Shown: positions 1 through 12,377 of the stretch, piece by piece
Layout of the letters: each line of letters starts with the position of its first letter
Position numbering within the stretch: the first letter of the stretch is position 1
From: an uncultured delta proteobacterium
Lineage (GTDB): Bacteria > Desulfobacterota > Syntrophia > Syntrophales > Smithellaceae
Reading direction: 5' to 3'
Assembly: GCA_963753975.1 (NCBI GenBank)
Contig: CAVWEH010000002.1
Location: forward strand, 512,001 to 576,000
DNA length: 64,000 bases
Made by a program: the position numbers and the translations under genes
The notes under the pieces: generated by a model
Databases searched by the model: none
The model's input: the letters and a program-made list of their open reading frames with translations, nothing else
Told to the model about the DNA's origin: nothing

Positions 1-367
1 CACCCGCTTTCGCGGCTATCAGCGCTTGCAGGGGAGAAAATATTAAAGTTTGATTGACGTCGATGCCCGCCTGAGCAAACATTTTAGTCGCTTTTAACCC
101 TTCAGTACAAAGAGGCACTTTTATGACAACATTATCTCCCAGTTGTGCCAGTTTTTTGCCTTCGGCAAACATGGCTTTTGCCTCCTGACTCATCACTTCC
201 AGACTTACCGGACCTTCCACATTTTTCAGTATATCTTTAACAACGGCGTCAAAACTTTTTTTCTCTTTAGCAATCAATGATGGATTTGTAGTAACGCCGT
301 CAACCATTCCCAGGTTAAGACCTTCTTTAATTTCTTCGATATTGGCAGTATCAATAAAAAATTTCAT
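1..367 (-). CDS. tal: Transaldolase / fructose-6-phosphate aldolase (5' part; runs off window)
   Basis: Own translation from ATG at 367: [35 protein letters not shown]...; DTA and GVTTNPS motifs. Confidence 0.9.
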   Translation of the reverse strand, partial: MKFFIDTANIEEIKEGLNLGMVDGVTTNPSLIAKEKKSFDAVVKDILKNVEGPVSLEVMSQEAKAMFAEGKKLAQLGDNVVIKVPLCTEGLKATKMFAQAGIDVNQTLIFSPLQALIAAKAG

Positions 368-384
368 AACTCCCCCTAATATAT

Positions 385-651
385 TTACCCGTTTTTTTCC
401 GATTCGTATTTATCACAACATTGCTTACTGCAAAAGTATCGGGTGATACCGGCTATTTGTTTTCTGTAGGCCTGGCTTAAAGGTATGTATGTGTGACAGG
501 CAGGATCCTCTACTAAGTCTTCTCCGGATGACACGGATGTAGAAAAACGAAAATTTTTATTTTTTTCCAGTTTCATCTGCTGTATGGCTGTAAACAGTTT
601 ATACAACAAATAAATTAAGATTATGAATACTAAAAAACGCAAAAAATACAT
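385..651 (-). CDS. Small membrane protein with YHS/TRASH-like metal-binding motif
   Basis: N-terminal TM helix; DPAC...YFCSKQC. Confidence 0.7.
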   Translation of the reverse strand: MYFLRFLVFIILIYLLYKLFTAIQQMKLEKNKNFRFSTSVSSGEDLVEDPACHTYIPLSQAYRKQIAGITRYFCSKQCCDKYESEKNG

Positions 652-678
652 AAACCCCTGTCGGATGTTTTTCTATTT

Positions 679-1167
679 TTATATCATTTCGACAATTTTA
701 GTATCAGTCAAGCGATCTCTTAATCCTCGGATAGAAATGCCAAATACGGGATGAATGAAATAAGAGGCGATTTCATATAACGGTTCCAGAACAAACCGCC
801 GTTTGTGGATTTCCGGATGTGGCACAACTAAATCGGCCTCTTGGATCACATCCTGTCCATAAAACAGAAGGTCAAGATCAATAATTCGCGGGCCTCCCTT
901 AATTTCCTTTTTGCGGCCCATGTCCCTTTCGATTCTTCTCAATGCCGTTAGTAGATCACGGGCAGATAGTGTTGTTATTATCTCTACTACGGCATTTATG
1001 AAATAATTTTGTTTCTCAATTCCTACGGGTTCAGTTTTATAGAAAGATGATGCCCGTATTTGGTTGACCCCATCTATTCTGGAGAGGATCACGATGGCAT
1101 ACTTGCAGTTTTGCAGAGTATTGCCCAAATTAGAACCAATTCCAATATAACAAACAATGCTCTTCAA
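679..1167 (-). CDS. folK: 2-amino-4-hydroxy-6-hydroxymethyldihydropteridine diphosphokinase
   Basis: GIGSNLG, PRIIDLDLL, VPHP motifs. Confidence 0.95.
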   Translation of the reverse strand: MKSIVCYIGIGSNLGNTLQNCKYAIVILSRIDGVNQIRASSFYKTEPVGIEKQNYFINAVVEIITTLSARDLLTALRRIERDMGRKKEIKGGPRIIDLDLLFYGQDVIQEADLVVPHPEIHKRRFVLEPLYEIASYFIHPVFGISIRGLRDRLTDTKIVEMI

Positions 1168-1192
1168 ATCTCTTAAAAGCCTTAATTTACTC

Positions 1193-1999
1193 TCATCCCC
1201 TTAATCCTAAAACATCCTGCATATCGTATAAGCCATTTTCTTGATTAACAATCCACTTAGCCGCACGGATTGCGCCTTTGGCAAAGTTATCACGGCTGTG
1301 AGCGCGATGAATAAATTCCAGCCGCTCCCCTATTCCGCCAAAAATTACCGTGTGTTCACCGACGATATCACCGGCACGAATTGTTTGAAGTCCTATTTCT
1401 TTTTTTGTGCGCTCGCCGATCAATCCTCGCCGCGTATAAACCCCCACTTTTTCCAGATCACGCCCCAGTTTGTCGGCAATAACTTGAGCCATTTGCATAG
1501 CCGTGCCGCTGGGAGCGTCCTTTTTTAAATGATGATGGGCTTCAACAATTTCCACATCATAATCATCATTAAGAATACCGGCACAATATTCCAATACTTT
1601 CAACATAACATTTACCCCGACACTCATATTGGGGGCCAACACACAACGCGTATTTTTTGCCAATTCCTTGACTTTTTTCATTTCGGCGGCGGTAAATCCC
1701 GTAGAACCGATCACAATTGCGCGATTTTTTTCACCCGCGATTTTCAAATAATTGAGAGAAGCTTCATGATTTGTAAAATCAATAACAACGTCGGCCTCTT
1801 CAATACAATTGGTTAATTTATCGCAAGCTAAAACCCCTGTTCTACCCAACCCCAAGCCTTGGCCAACGTCACGGCCGATAATAGGATGCCCCGCTACCTC
1901 CACCGCCGCTACTACTTTGATCTCATCCATCAGGGAAATAAGGCTGATAATTCTTCCGCCCATCCTTCCACCGGCTCCGGTAACGACAGCTTTAACCAT
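1193..1999 (-). CDS. dapB: 4-hydroxy-tetrahydrodipicolinate reductase
   Basis: GAGGRMG, EAHHHLKKDAPSGTA. Confidence 0.97.
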   Translation of the reverse strand: MVKAVVTGAGGRMGGRIISLISLMDEIKVVAAVEVAGHPIIGRDVGQGLGLGRTGVLACDKLTNCIEEADVVIDFTNHEASLNYLKIAGEKNRAIVIGSTGFTAAEMKKVKELAKNTRCVLAPNMSVGVNVMLKVLEYCAGILNDDYDVEIVEAHHHLKKDAPSGTAMQMAQVIADKLGRDLEKVGVYTRRGLIGERTKKEIGLQTIRAGDIVGEHTVIFGGIGERLEFIHRAHSRDNFAKGAIRAAKWIVNQENGLYDMQDVLGLRG

Positions 2000-2037
2000 A
2001 AAATCATCTCCTTTAACTAGTTATTGAGAAAAGACGA

Positions 2038-2910
2038 TTAAATCAGGCCATAATTAACCATAATCTTTTTTAGTTTTTCGAAATTAGCTTCCGCCATTTT
2101 ACAGAGCGGCAATCTATATTCATACTTTATTTTGCCCATCAGCGCCAAAGCCGCTTTAACCGGAACAGGATTGACTTCAATAAAGAGCGCGTCAATCAAC
2201 GCACTCATTTTATGATGAAGTTTTTTTGCCGTTGCCATATCGCCGGCCGCAAAAGCATCGACGAGTCCGGCCATATCTGCCGGTGCCACATTCGAGATAA
2301 CGGAAATAACACCGGCACCGCCCATTGCCATTAAAGGCAAAGTAAAAATGTCGTCACCGGACAAAACCGTAAAATCCTTGCCGCAGAGACCGATAACATC
2401 GCTCATTTGCTTGATCGAGCCCGAAGCCTCCTTAATGCCGACGATATTTTTTATTTTGGATAGTCTGGCAACCATTTCCGGCATGAGATTTACACCGGTG
2501 CGGCTCGGTATATTATACGGCATTATCGGAATAGGCACATTTTCGGCAATCGCTTTAAAGTGCTGATAAAGCCCTTCTTGAGTGGGTCGGTTATAATATG
2601 GGCAGACGATAAGTGCAGCGTCAGCGCCCGCCTTATGGGCATGAGCCGTCAAACGTAAGGCCTCGGCAGTACTATTCGATCCGGTCCCGGCAATAACCGG
2701 CACCCTCTTCTTTACGGCATTGATGGTGATTTCTATAACCCGGTCATGCTCTTCATGGGAAAGGGTCGCTGATTCTCCGGTAGTCCCGCAGGGCACGATA
2801 CCGTCTGTTCCATTGACGATTTGAAATTCGATAAGTTCGCGCAAAGCTTCTTCATCGATTTGGCCATTTTTAAATGGTGTGACTATAGCAACTATTGCCC
2901 CTTTAAACAT
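2038..2910 (-). CDS. dapA: 4-hydroxy-tetrahydrodipicolinate synthase
   Basis: GTTGES, YNIPSRTG, GIKEASG. Confidence 0.97.
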   Translation of the reverse strand: MFKGAIVAIVTPFKNGQIDEEALRELIEFQIVNGTDGIVPCGTTGESATLSHEEHDRVIEITINAVKKRVPVIAGTGSNSTAEALRLTAHAHKAGADAALIVCPYYNRPTQEGLYQHFKAIAENVPIPIMPYNIPSRTGVNLMPEMVARLSKIKNIVGIKEASGSIKQMSDVIGLCGKDFTVLSGDDIFTLPLMAMGGAGVISVISNVAPADMAGLVDAFAAGDMATAKKLHHKMSALIDALFIEVNPVPVKAALALMGKIKYEYRLPLCKMAEANFEKLKKIMVNYGLI

Positions 2911-2922
2911 AGAAAATTCTCC

Positions 2923-3384
2923 TCATATTTTTTTCCCCTTAAAATTTGCTTCTACCCCGGAGGCTTCCCGACAAAGTCCACCATCATCGCAAAGCATCAA
3001 ACGGTAATTGTAGATTTTACCCAACTCAACTTTCTTGTCTGTGAAATTAAAAGTTTTAATTTTTTTGTCCTCCGTCACTGGTTCCGTGACAGGTATTTGG
3101 CCGATGCGTTCAAATGTTCTCGGACAATCCTTACAATCATTTCCGGCACTGCCAACTTCGCTTTTTTCTATGTTTATATAATTAATTAATCCGCTTTTAT
3201 CGTAAAAATCCCATTTTAAGGTTATACCATCGTCCGCTGAAACTGCTGCCAAATTCTTTACGATTTGTTGATAATCAGGGCCAGCGCTTAAGGAAACAGG
3301 ATTGGCTTTCAGACCGCAAGCGACAATAAAAATCAATAATATCAAATAGTAAAAAATTCTATATTTTACTTGAACTTTTTTCAA
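2923..3384 (-). CDS. Putative lipoprotein (Fn3-like fold, CxxC); start uncertain, TTG at 3384 chosen
   Basis: Hydrophobic stretch plus lipobox IVAC-GLK; CKDCP; lies in the argH-dapA operon. Confidence 0.65.
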   Translation of the reverse strand: MKKVQVKYRIFYYLILLIFIVACGLKANPVSLSAGPDYQQIVKNLAAVSADDGITLKWDFYDKSGLINYINIEKSEVGSAGNDCKDCPRTFERIGQIPVTEPVTEDKKIKTFNFTDKKVELGKIYNYRLMLCDDGGLCREASGVEANFKGKKI

Positions 3385-4747
3385 TTTCCCTGATCCTTTT
3401 CCACACAGCCGCTTGTGCCGTTCCCCCCTGATGCCGGCGAGAATTAACCGCATTTGTGAGCTTTATAACATCCTGAATGTCGGAAGTAAATCCGCTGTAA
3501 TATTTCTTATAATCTTCCAGCCTTAATTCTGCCAACTCTTTTTTATTTTTTATGCAGTAAGCGATTATCCTGCCTACTATTTCATGTGCCCTACGAAAAG
3601 GCACGCCTTTTTGGACCAGATATTCCGCCACATCGGTTGCCGTAGAAAAACCACCTTGCGCCGCTTGCCGCATTTTTTCTTTATTAAACTCAGCATGTCT
3701 AATCATTTCCACGAAAATTGCCAGACACTCTTTCAGAGTATCCACACTGTCAAATAGCGGTTCTTTATCTTCTTGTAAATCACGGTTATAGGTCATGGGC
3801 AAACCTTTAAGCAGTGCCATTATCGCAAAGAGGTCTCCGTACACCCGCGCCGTTTTCCCTCTGATCAACTCCGCAATATCCGGATTTTTCTTCTGCGGCA
3901 TAATACTGCTGCCGGTCGTATAGGCATCGGATATTTCGACAAAGCCGAACTCAGCGGATTCCCAGATAATTAAATCCTCACAAAAACGGCTCAAATGCAT
4001 CATTGTCAGCGCTGCCGAAAAAATAAATTCCGCGATAAAGTCGCGATCGGCGACCGTATCCATACTGTTTTTGCTGATTGCCGGAAAATTCAATAGTTTT
4101 GCCGTTCGGCTGCGATTGATCGGCAAACTTGTGCCGGCAAGGGCTGCCGCCCCTAAAGGTAAGATGTTGACTCTGGCTTTACATTCCTGCATTCTCTGTA
4201 CGTCACGTACAAACATTTCTCGAAACGCCAAAAAATAGTGGGCGAGCAAGACCGGCTGAGCCTTTTGCATGTGCGTATAACCGGGCATGATCGTTTTGAT
4301 TTCTCTTTTCGCGAGTTTTACTAATTGCAGCTGTAACTCACCAAACAGATGAAGAATTGCATCAATTTCCCCGCGTAAAAACAGACGGATATCCAAAGAG
4401 ATTTGATCATTGCGGCTGCGCCCGGCATGAAGTTTTCCCCCGGTTTCGCCAACACGCTTGACCAACTCTTTCTCTATGGCCATATGAATATCTTCATCGG
4501 ATGCGCTGAAAGTAAATCTGCCTTTTTCTATATCCTTTAGAATATCATTGAGAGCTTTAATAATTCGCTTTGCTTCCGTGCGGCGTATTATTCCCTGATC
4601 GGCAAGCATTGTCACATGAGCGATAGAGCCTTCTATATCATATGAGTAGAGCCGCCGGTCAAAGTGAATCGACGAGGTGAATTTCTCCACATTTTTCGCT
4701 GTGGGTTTCTGAAATCTCCCGCCCCATGGTTTTTTGCTCGCCGCCAT
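3359..4747 (-). CDS. argH: Argininosuccinate lyase
   Basis: WGGRF, GRSRNDQ, GSSIMPQKKNPD. Confidence 0.97.
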   Translation of the reverse strand: MAASKKPWGGRFQKPTAKNVEKFTSSIHFDRRLYSYDIEGSIAHVTMLADQGIIRRTEAKRIIKALNDILKDIEKGRFTFSASDEDIHMAIEKELVKRVGETGGKLHAGRSRNDQISLDIRLFLRGEIDAILHLFGELQLQLVKLAKREIKTIMPGYTHMQKAQPVLLAHYFLAFREMFVRDVQRMQECKARVNILPLGAAALAGTSLPINRSRTAKLLNFPAISKNSMDTVADRDFIAEFIFSAALTMMHLSRFCEDLIIWESAEFGFVEISDAYTTGSSIMPQKKNPDIAELIRGKTARVYGDLFAIMALLKGLPMTYNRDLQEDKEPLFDSVDTLKECLAIFVEMIRHAEFNKEKMRQAAQGGFSTATDVAEYLVQKGVPFRRAHEIVGRIIAYCIKNKKELAELRLEDYKKYYSGFTSDIQDVIKLTNAVNSRRHQGGTAQAAVWKRIREIEKSSSKI

Positions 4748-4765
4748 GAATTTATCTCCGCATCA

Positions 4766-5980
4766 TTAACGTTTATCTTTCAAAACATTCTGGATTCTCA
4801 GCCGTAATCCATTGAGCCTGATGAATCCCGTGGCATCCTGCTGATTGTAAACCTGATCTTTCTCAAAAGTGGCAAACGCTTCGCTATAGAGCGAATGAGG
4901 CGACTTGCGCCCGACGACTATGCAGTTACCTTTATACAATTTCAACCGTGCCGTACCGGTAACATTTTCCTGCGTGGCATCAATGTAAGCCTGCAGTGAT
5001 TTCATTTCCGGCGCATACCAGAAGCCGTTATAAACCAGCTGGGCATACTTGGATATCAACGAATCCCGCATAATCATCTCTTCCCGATCCATTGTAATGG
5101 ATTCCACCGCTCGGTGTGCCGCCCACAACACTGTCCCTCCGGGCGTTTCATAGACTCCTCTTGATTTCATCCCCACAAAGCGGTTTTCCACCATGTCCAC
5201 CCTGCCGATACCGTTTCTGCCGGCAATTATATTCAGATGATCCAGAAGTTTTGCCGGAGACATCTTTTTGCCGTCGACAGCCTGAGGATTTCCTTTTTTA
5301 AAATCAATTTCTACATAAGCCGGTTTATCCGGAGCGTCTTGGGGTGATTTCGTCAGCACAAAAATATCTTCCGGCGCTTCGGCCCAGGTGTTCTCCAAAA
5401 TTCCCCCTTCATGCGAAATATGCAAAAGATTGCGATCCGAGCTGTAAGATTTGGCTTTAGTTAGCGGTACGGGAATCTTCTGCTTTTCGGCATATTCAAT
5501 CATCGATTCGCGGGAATTGAATTTCCAGTTGTCGTCACGCCAAGCGGCAATGATTTTAATAGCGGGATTTAGAGCAATATAGGTTAGTTCGAACCTGACC
5601 TGATCATTACCTTTCCCCGTTGCCCCGTGAGAAACTGCATCTGCTCCTTCCATCTTTGCAATTTCAATTTGTTTTTTGGCTATCAAAGGCCGGGCGAGCG
5701 ACGTGCCCAGAAGATAAGTTCCTTCATAGACGGCATTGGCCCTGAGGGCCGGAAAGACAAAGTCTCTGGCAAATTCTTCCTGTAAATCCTCTATATATAT
5801 TTTACTCGCGCCGGTATTGATCGCTTTTTCTTTGAGCCCCGATAACTCTTCTTTCTGCCCCAAGTCGGCCGCAAAACAAATCACTTCGCATTTATAAGTT
5901 TCGATTAGCCACCTCAGGATAACCGAGGTATCGAGACCGCCTGAATAAGCCAAAACAACTTTCTTAATTGCTTCCGACAA
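4766..5980 (-). CDS. argG: Argininosuccinate synthase
   Basis: [24 protein letters not shown]. Confidence 0.98.
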   Translation of the reverse strand: MSEAIKKVVLAYSGGLDTSVILRWLIETYKCEVICFAADLGQKEELSGLKEKAINTGASKIYIEDLQEEFARDFVFPALRANAVYEGTYLLGTSLARPLIAKKQIEIAKMEGADAVSHGATGKGNDQVRFELTYIALNPAIKIIAAWRDDNWKFNSRESMIEYAEKQKIPVPLTKAKSYSSDRNLLHISHEGGILENTWAEAPEDIFVLTKSPQDAPDKPAYVEIDFKKGNPQAVDGKKMSPAKLLDHLNIIAGRNGIGRVDMVENRFVGMKSRGVYETPGGTVLWAAHRAVESITMDREEMIMRDSLISKYAQLVYNGFWYAPEMKSLQAYIDATQENVTGTARLKLYKGNCIVVGRKSPHSLYSEAFATFEKDQVYNQQDATGFIRLNGLRLRIQNVLKDKR

Positions 5981-5992
5981 ATTTTTCTCCTC

Positions 5993-6901
5993 CTAAAGCA
6001 ATATCTCCAATATCGCCTTTTGCACATGCAGGCGGTTTTCCGCTTCGTCAATAACGACCGAATGCGGCCCATCCATGACATCGCCGGAAATTTCTTCTCC
6101 CCGATGAGCCGGCAGGCAATGCATCACTATAACATCTTTCTTCGCTTCTTTTACAAGGCTTTTGTTTATTTGGTAATTGCTAAATATTTTTTTCCTTTTC
6201 TCGTTTTCGGATTCCTGGCCCATGCTCGCCCAGACATCGGTGTACAGGACATCCGCATCCTTGGCGGCATCCTCGGGATTTCGATAAAGCGTAATCCCTT
6301 CTTTGGATTCTTTAATTCCTTTAGCCATAATGCCCGCATCCGGCTCATAACCGTGAGGACAAGCCAGTGCCAATTGAAACGGCAGTCTCGCCGCGGCTTC
6401 GATCCAGGAGTTGGCGACATTATTGCCGTCACCGATATAAACGACTTTGAGTCCTTCGTACGAGCCTTTCTTTTCTTTAATCGTAAACAGATCGCTCAGA
6501 ATCTGACAGGGATGCGCTAGATCGGTCAAACCGTTAATAACGGGAATCGTCGCATAGCGGGCAAATTCTTCGACGCTCGCCTGGGCAAAAGTCCTGATCA
6601 TGATCCCATTTAAATAACGGGACATCATCCGGGCGCTATCGACAATAGTTTCGCCGCGGCTGATTTGCGTATCGCGGGAATTCAAGAATAGGGCAATCCC
6701 GCCTAATTGATACATGCCAACCTCAAAGGAAATCCTTGTTCGGGTGGAAGACTTATCGAATATCATTCCTAATGTTTTTCCCTTTAATGAGGTATGCGTT
6801 TTACCTTCTTTTAAATCCTTTTTCAGCTTCCTTGATTTTTTCCAGATTAATTCGAAGTCAGCCGGTTCCAGATCGTAAATGTTTAACAAATCTTTTTTCA
6901 T
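5993..6901 (-). CDS. argF: Ornithine carbamoyltransferase
   Basis: SSTRTR, HPCQ, HCLPAHRG. Confidence 0.97.
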   Translation of the reverse strand: MKKDLLNIYDLEPADFELIWKKSRKLKKDLKEGKTHTSLKGKTLGMIFDKSSTRTRISFEVGMYQLGGIALFLNSRDTQISRGETIVDSARMMSRYLNGIMIRTFAQASVEEFARYATIPVINGLTDLAHPCQILSDLFTIKEKKGSYEGLKVVYIGDGNNVANSWIEAAARLPFQLALACPHGYEPDAGIMAKGIKESKEGITLYRNPEDAAKDADVLYTDVWASMGQESENEKRKKIFSNYQINKSLVKEAKKDVIVMHCLPAHRGEEISGDVMDGPHSVVIDEAENRLHVQKAILEILL

Positions 6902-8091
6902 TTACCCTCCAACGCTTCGTTGAGGATCTGCATTGCGTAATCGACATCTTGATTTGTGATAATGAGCGGCGGCACGAACCGCAGTGTCTTGCCACCCGCA
7001 CTGTTGATAAGCAACCCTTTTTGCAGGCATTTATTCACGATGTCTCCGGCTTCAATGTTAAGAGCGGCCGCAAGCATCAATCCTTTCCCCCTGACTTCAT
7101 TAATAACCTTATGCTTTTGCTGCAACTTCTTCAATTGAGATAAAAAGTAATCGCCCACGTTTCGGCAGTTTTCCAATACACCTTCCCGCAGAATAGTTTC
7201 TACCGTCGCCGTGGCTGCGGCCATAGCCAAAGGATTGCCGCCAAAAGTGGAAGCATGATTGCCGGGAGCAAAAGCTTGCGCAATTTTATCCGTCGCGAGC
7301 ATTGCCCCGACCGGAAAACCGTTCCCCAAAGCCTTGGCCAGGGTCATTATATCGGGCTGAATCCCGGAATGTTCATAGGCAAATAGTTTACCTGTCCTGC
7401 CTATGCCGGTTTGCACTTCATCGACGATGAGCAAGATATTGTGCCGGTCACAAATTGACCTCACTTTTTCCAAATAGCTAGCGTCCGGGATATTGACGCC
7501 GCCCTCACCTTGAATCGGCTCAACCATGACGCCGCAAGTTTTCTCCGATATTGCCGCCTCCAGCGCGCTCAAATCATCGAAGGGCACGTAAGTGAAGCCT
7601 TCCAAGAGCGGTGTAAATCCAAACTGAAATTTTTCCTGTCCGGTCGCCGTAATTGTGGCCATAGTCCGGCCGTGAAAAGAATCTTTCATGGTGATTAGTT
7701 CGAATTTATTGTTCCCTAATTTTTCGTGCGCATATTTTCGCGCCAGTTTTATAGCCGCTTCGTTCGCCTCCGCTCCGCTGTTGCAGAAAAATACTTTATT
7801 CGCGAAAGAATTTTCTATAAGCAGATGCGCCAGTTGCGCCTGCGGTTCCGTGTAGTACAAATTCGAAATGTGCGTCAATTTTTCCAGTTGTTCTTTGACC
7901 GCGGCAATAACGGCGGAGTGAGAATGACCCAAATTGCAAACAGCAATACCGGCAGTGAAATCAAGATATTCTTTGCCGTTTACATCCCATACCTTTCGGC
8001 CCAATCCTTTTACAATGACAACAGGAAAACGCTTATAAGTATGCATTATGTATTTATCAGCCGTATCTATCAATTCTTTTTCTTTCATCAT
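6898..8091 (-). CDS. argD: Acetylornithine aminotransferase
   Basis: NSGAEANE, FHGRT, DEVQTG, AKALGNG; in arg cluster. Confidence 0.95.
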   Translation of the reverse strand: MMKEKELIDTADKYIMHTYKRFPVVIVKGLGRKVWDVNGKEYLDFTAGIAVCNLGHSHSAVIAAVKEQLEKLTHISNLYYTEPQAQLAHLLIENSFANKVFFCNSGAEANEAAIKLARKYAHEKLGNNKFELITMKDSFHGRTMATITATGQEKFQFGFTPLLEGFTYVPFDDLSALEAAISEKTCGVMVEPIQGEGGVNIPDASYLEKVRSICDRHNILLIVDEVQTGIGRTGKLFAYEHSGIQPDIMTLAKALGNGFPVGAMLATDKIAQAFAPGNHASTFGGNPLAMAAATATVETILREGVLENCRNVGDYFLSQLKKLQQKHKVINEVRGKGLMLAAALNIEAGDIVNKCLQKGLLINSAGGKTLRFVPPLIITNQDVDYAMQILNEALEGK

Positions 8092-8113
8092 CTCCAGCCA
8101 GTCTTTTTTAAAA

Positions 8114-9004
8114 TTATAAAACTATTTCCGTGCCGATTCCTTTATCGGTAAATATTTCCAGCAAGATGGCGTGTTTCAGCCGACCATCGATAATATGCGT
8201 TTTTTTCACTCCGCCTTTCAGAGCTTTGAGGCAGCATTTGACTTTGGGAAACATCCCCCCCGCGACAATACCGTCGTCGATTAACTTCAAAGCTTTTTTA
8301 CCATTCATTGTATTAATCAGCTTTTTGTCCTTATCAATGACCCCCTGCACATCAGTTAAAAGTAAAAGCTTTTCTGCTTGCAGGGCTGACGCGACTTCCC
8401 CGGCGACGACGTCCGCATTTATGTTATAGGTCTCGCCTGCATCACCTATTCCCGTAGGCGCTATAATCGGGATAAACCCGTTTTGTGTTAAGGATAGAAT
8501 CAGTTGCGAATTGATGGTCTTTACTTTGCCGACCAAACCGATATCAATAATTTCGGATGGCGTGTGTTTAGCTTTATCTTCGCTTAAAAGATATTTTTCC
8601 GCGCCTATTAGATTGCCGTCCTTGCCGCTGAGACCTACGGCATTGCCGCCGTGGCTGTTAATCAAGCCGACAATTTCTTTGTTGACCTTTCCGACCAGGA
8701 CCATTTCCACGATATCCATCGTTTCCTGATCGGTAACGCGCATTCCCTGAACAAATTTTGATTCTTTTCCCAGCTTGCTCAAAAAATTGCCTATCTGCGG
8801 ACCGCCGCCGTGAACGACTACGGGATTAATGCCGATATATTTCATCATCACGACATCCTGGGCAAATTTATCTTTCAGCTCAGCGTCAACCATGGCATGT
8901 CCGCCATACTTGATGACAATTGTCTTATTGTAAAATCGCCTGATGTAAGGCAGAGACTCCAAGAGAATGTCTGCCCTTTCCATCGAATTTAATATATTTT
9001 CCAT
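8114..9004 (-). CDS. argB: Acetylglutamate kinase
   Basis: [21 protein letters not shown]. Confidence 0.97.
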   Translation of the reverse strand: MENILNSMERADILLESLPYIRRFYNKTIVIKYGGHAMVDAELKDKFAQDVVMMKYIGINPVVVHGGGPQIGNFLSKLGKESKFVQGMRVTDQETMDIVEMVLVGKVNKEIVGLINSHGGNAVGLSGKDGNLIGAEKYLLSEDKAKHTPSEIIDIGLVGKVKTINSQLILSLTQNGFIPIIAPTGIGDAGETYNINADVVAGEVASALQAEKLLLLTDVQGVIDKDKKLINTMNGKKALKLIDDGIVAGGMFPKVKCCLKALKGGVKKTHIIDGRLKHAILLEIFTDKGIGTEIVL

Positions 9005-9016
9005 TAAGAACTCCGC

Positions 9017-10411
9017 TTATAAGATATACCTGCTTAAATCTTCATCTTCGATGATATCACCCAATTTGTCTTCCACATCCTTGGCATCGATTTTGATTTC
9101 TTTCTCCTTCATATCCGGCGCTTCAAAAGAAATATCATCCAATAATTTTTCCATTATCGTATAGAGCCTTCTCGCGCCGATATTTTCGGTTCTTTCATTG
9201 ACCGTTGTCGCGATTTCCGCTATCGAGGCTATGGCCGCTTCCGTAAAAATTAATTTTATGCCTTCCGTAGCCATCATTTCCGTGTACTGCTTAACCAACG
9301 CATTGTTCGGTTCGGTAAGTATCCGAATAAATTCTTCCTTACCCAGCGAATCAAGTTCTACACGAATCGGAAAACGCCCCTGCAACTCCGGGATCAAATC
9401 GGAAGGTTTGGAAGCGCTGAACGCTCCGGCAGCAATAAAAAGTATATGATCCGTTTTGACCATTCCATAGCGAGTATTGACGTTCGAACCCTCCACAATG
9501 GGGAGCAAGTCTCGTTGCACGCCCTCACGCGATACATCCGGACCATGCGGCGCATCACTACCGACAATCTTATCAATTTCGTCTAAAAATACTATCCCCG
9601 ACTGCTCCACTTTTTCTATAGCTGTTTTAGTCACTTTGTCCATATCAATCAACTTTTGCGCTTCTTCTTCCGCCAACACTTCCAGAGCTTCCGGCACTTT
9701 CATGGTTCTTTTCTTCTTTTTTTGCGGGAATACATTTCCTAACATATCCCTGATATTAAGCCCCATGTCATCCATCCCGGCAGCGGAAAAGATTTCGATC
9801 ATCGGGCCGCTTCTGGCCTCGCTAACTTCCAATTCCACTATCCGGTTATCCAGTTTGCCGGCTTTGAGTAATTTTCTTAATTTCTCCCGCGTGGCATCGA
9901 AACTTTGCGGCTGCTCCTCGCTTACCTGAATATTCTCAGCTCCTCCATTTGCATCCGTCAACATGTCGTCAACCTTTTTTTCCACAGGCCTTTGAGGAAG
10001 CAAGAGATCCAGCAATTTCTCCTCAGCAATTTCTGCAGCTTTGGTGCGCACGTTCTCTTGCTCTTCCGATTTGATCATGTTTATCGAAAGCTCGACCAAA
10101 TCACGGATTATCGATTCGACATCACGCCCCACATAACCAACCTCCGTAAATTTGGACGCCTCCACTTTTAAAAAAGGCGAATTATCCAGCTTGGCCAATC
10201 GACGGGCGATTTCCGTTTTTCCCACACCGGTAGGCCCGATCATGATAATATTTTTTGGCGAAATTTCATCAGCTAATTCTTTAGACACGTTTTGCCTGCG
10301 CCATCTGTTGCGCAGGGCGATGGCCACAGCCCGTTTGGCATCCGCCTGGCCAATAATATGCCGATTAAGTTTTTCCACTATTTCCCGGGGTTTTAACCCA
10401 TCATTGGACAT
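9017..10411 (-). CDS. hslU: ATP-dependent protease ATPase subunit HslU
   Basis: [29 protein letters not shown]-terminal DLSRYIL. Confidence 0.98.
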   Translation of the reverse strand: MSNDGLKPREIVEKLNRHIIGQADAKRAVAIALRNRWRRQNVSKELADEISPKNIIMIGPTGVGKTEIARRLAKLDNSPFLKVEASKFTEVGYVGRDVESIIRDLVELSINMIKSEEQENVRTKAAEIAEEKLLDLLLPQRPVEKKVDDMLTDANGGAENIQVSEEQPQSFDATREKLRKLLKAGKLDNRIVELEVSEARSGPMIEIFSAAGMDDMGLNIRDMLGNVFPQKKKKRTMKVPEALEVLAEEEAQKLIDMDKVTKTAIEKVEQSGIVFLDEIDKIVGSDAPHGPDVSREGVQRDLLPIVEGSNVNTRYGMVKTDHILFIAAGAFSASKPSDLIPELQGRFPIRVELDSLGKEEFIRILTEPNNALVKQYTEMMATEGIKLIFTEAAIASIAEIATTVNERTENIGARRLYTIMEKLLDDISFEAPDMKEKEIKIDAKDVEDKLGDIIEDEDLSRYIL

Positions 10412-10420
10412 ATTCTATCT

Positions 10421-10999
10421 TTACCCCTTGCCTTTATTATTTTTTTTCTCTTTTATTGGTGCTTCAACATCTATTTCTTCAATTGTTATGTGATCGTTAG
10501 TATAAATACAAATTTCGGCCGCTATTTTCATTGCTTCTTGCGCAATTTCCGTCGCCGTCATATTGGTATGCCGAACCATGGCGCGGGCAGCAGCCTGAGC
10601 ATAAGGCCCACCGGAACCGATGGCCATAACGTCATCATCAGATTCGATCACATCTCCATTTCCGGAAATTATCAATGAATAATCTTTACTTACGGCGATC
10701 ATCAACGCCTCCAAATGCCGCAATACACGGTCAGTGCGCCAATCTTTCGTCAATTCCACTGCCGCTCTCAATAAGTTGCCATTGTATTGCTCCAACTTTT
10801 GATCAAAGCGGTCAAACAAAGTAAAGGCATCTGCCGTCGCACCGGCAAAACCGACGATAATTTCATTATTATAGAGACGGCGCACTTTACGGGCGCCGTG
10901 TTTCAAAATTGTCGTATCCAAGGTAACCTGACCGTCACCAGCTACAGTTATTTTACCTTTATGCTTAACAGCTAATATAGTGGTACCCTTTATATGCAT
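10421..10999 (-). CDS. hslV: ATP-dependent protease peptidase subunit HslV (true start ATG 10999; upstream ORF extension is repeat DNA)
   Basis: MHIKG-TTILAV, GDGQVT, GSGGPYA. Confidence 0.97.
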   Translation of the reverse strand: MHIKGTTILAVKHKGKITVAGDGQVTLDTTILKHGARKVRRLYNNEIIVGFAGATADAFTLFDRFDQKLEQYNGNLLRAAVELTKDWRTDRVLRHLEALMIAVSKDYSLIISGNGDVIESDDDVMAIGSGGPYAQAAARAMVRHTNMTATEIAQEAMKIAAEICIYTNDHITIEEIDVEAPIKEKKNNKGKG

Positions 11000-11034
11000 T
11001 TTCCTCTCCTCTAAAAAACCAGGCCTTTCCCAAT

Positions 11035-11283
11035 TACGGCAGTCCCTCGACTCGCTTCGCTCACTCAAGATAAATTCTCCTTTGGTTTTTCCCGGCGGCT
11101 TTCTGAAAAAAAGCCAAGTTCTCCTAAACCCCGGATCGTCGTGCTTCGCTTGCACAGGATCAATTCAACTAACAAATTTCAACCCGTGACCTTTAGGTTA
11201 TGCGCTTTGCTTTTGAAATTTGAGTTTCATTGATTCGACTAAAGCCTTTTCCGGCGGCTTCGCCTGGAAAAAGGCCAAGTCTC
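11035..11283. repeat. Intergenic cluster of short GC-rich imperfect repeats/palindromes between xerC and hslV
   Basis: TTTTCCCGGCGGCTTTCTGAAAAAAAGCCAAGTTCTC (~11086) resembles TTTTCCGGCGGCTTCGCCTGGAAAAAGGCCAAGTCTC (~11247); also CTCGCTTCGCTC motifs. Confidence 0.5.
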
Positions 11284-11285
11284 AT

Positions 11286-12200
<915 letters not shown>

Positions 12201-12230
12201 ATTTTTATACCAGTTAGTTATCAGACATAA

Positions 12231-12365
12231 CGATAACCCCACTTCGCTTCGGGGATAATTCGTTCTAAAAGTTTCATCGCGCTTCGCTTGAGGTGTCACT
12301 TATCCCGCTCCGCTACGCTTCGGGGATAATTCGACTAACGCTTCAAATTTCGCTTCGCTCGTTTT
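12231..12365. repeat. Intergenic REP-like repeats
   Basis: 18-bp direct repeat CGCTTCGGGGATAATTCG at 12245-12262 and 12316-12333; several CGCTTCGCT motifs. Confidence 0.55.
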
Positions 12366-12377
12366 CAGCGAGTCTCA

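Noticed and set aside
11000..11155. 52-aa N-terminal extension of HslV
   Set aside because: Open frame running through intergenic repeats; the RBS (GAGGAG) precedes ATG 10999, just before the catalytic Thr.
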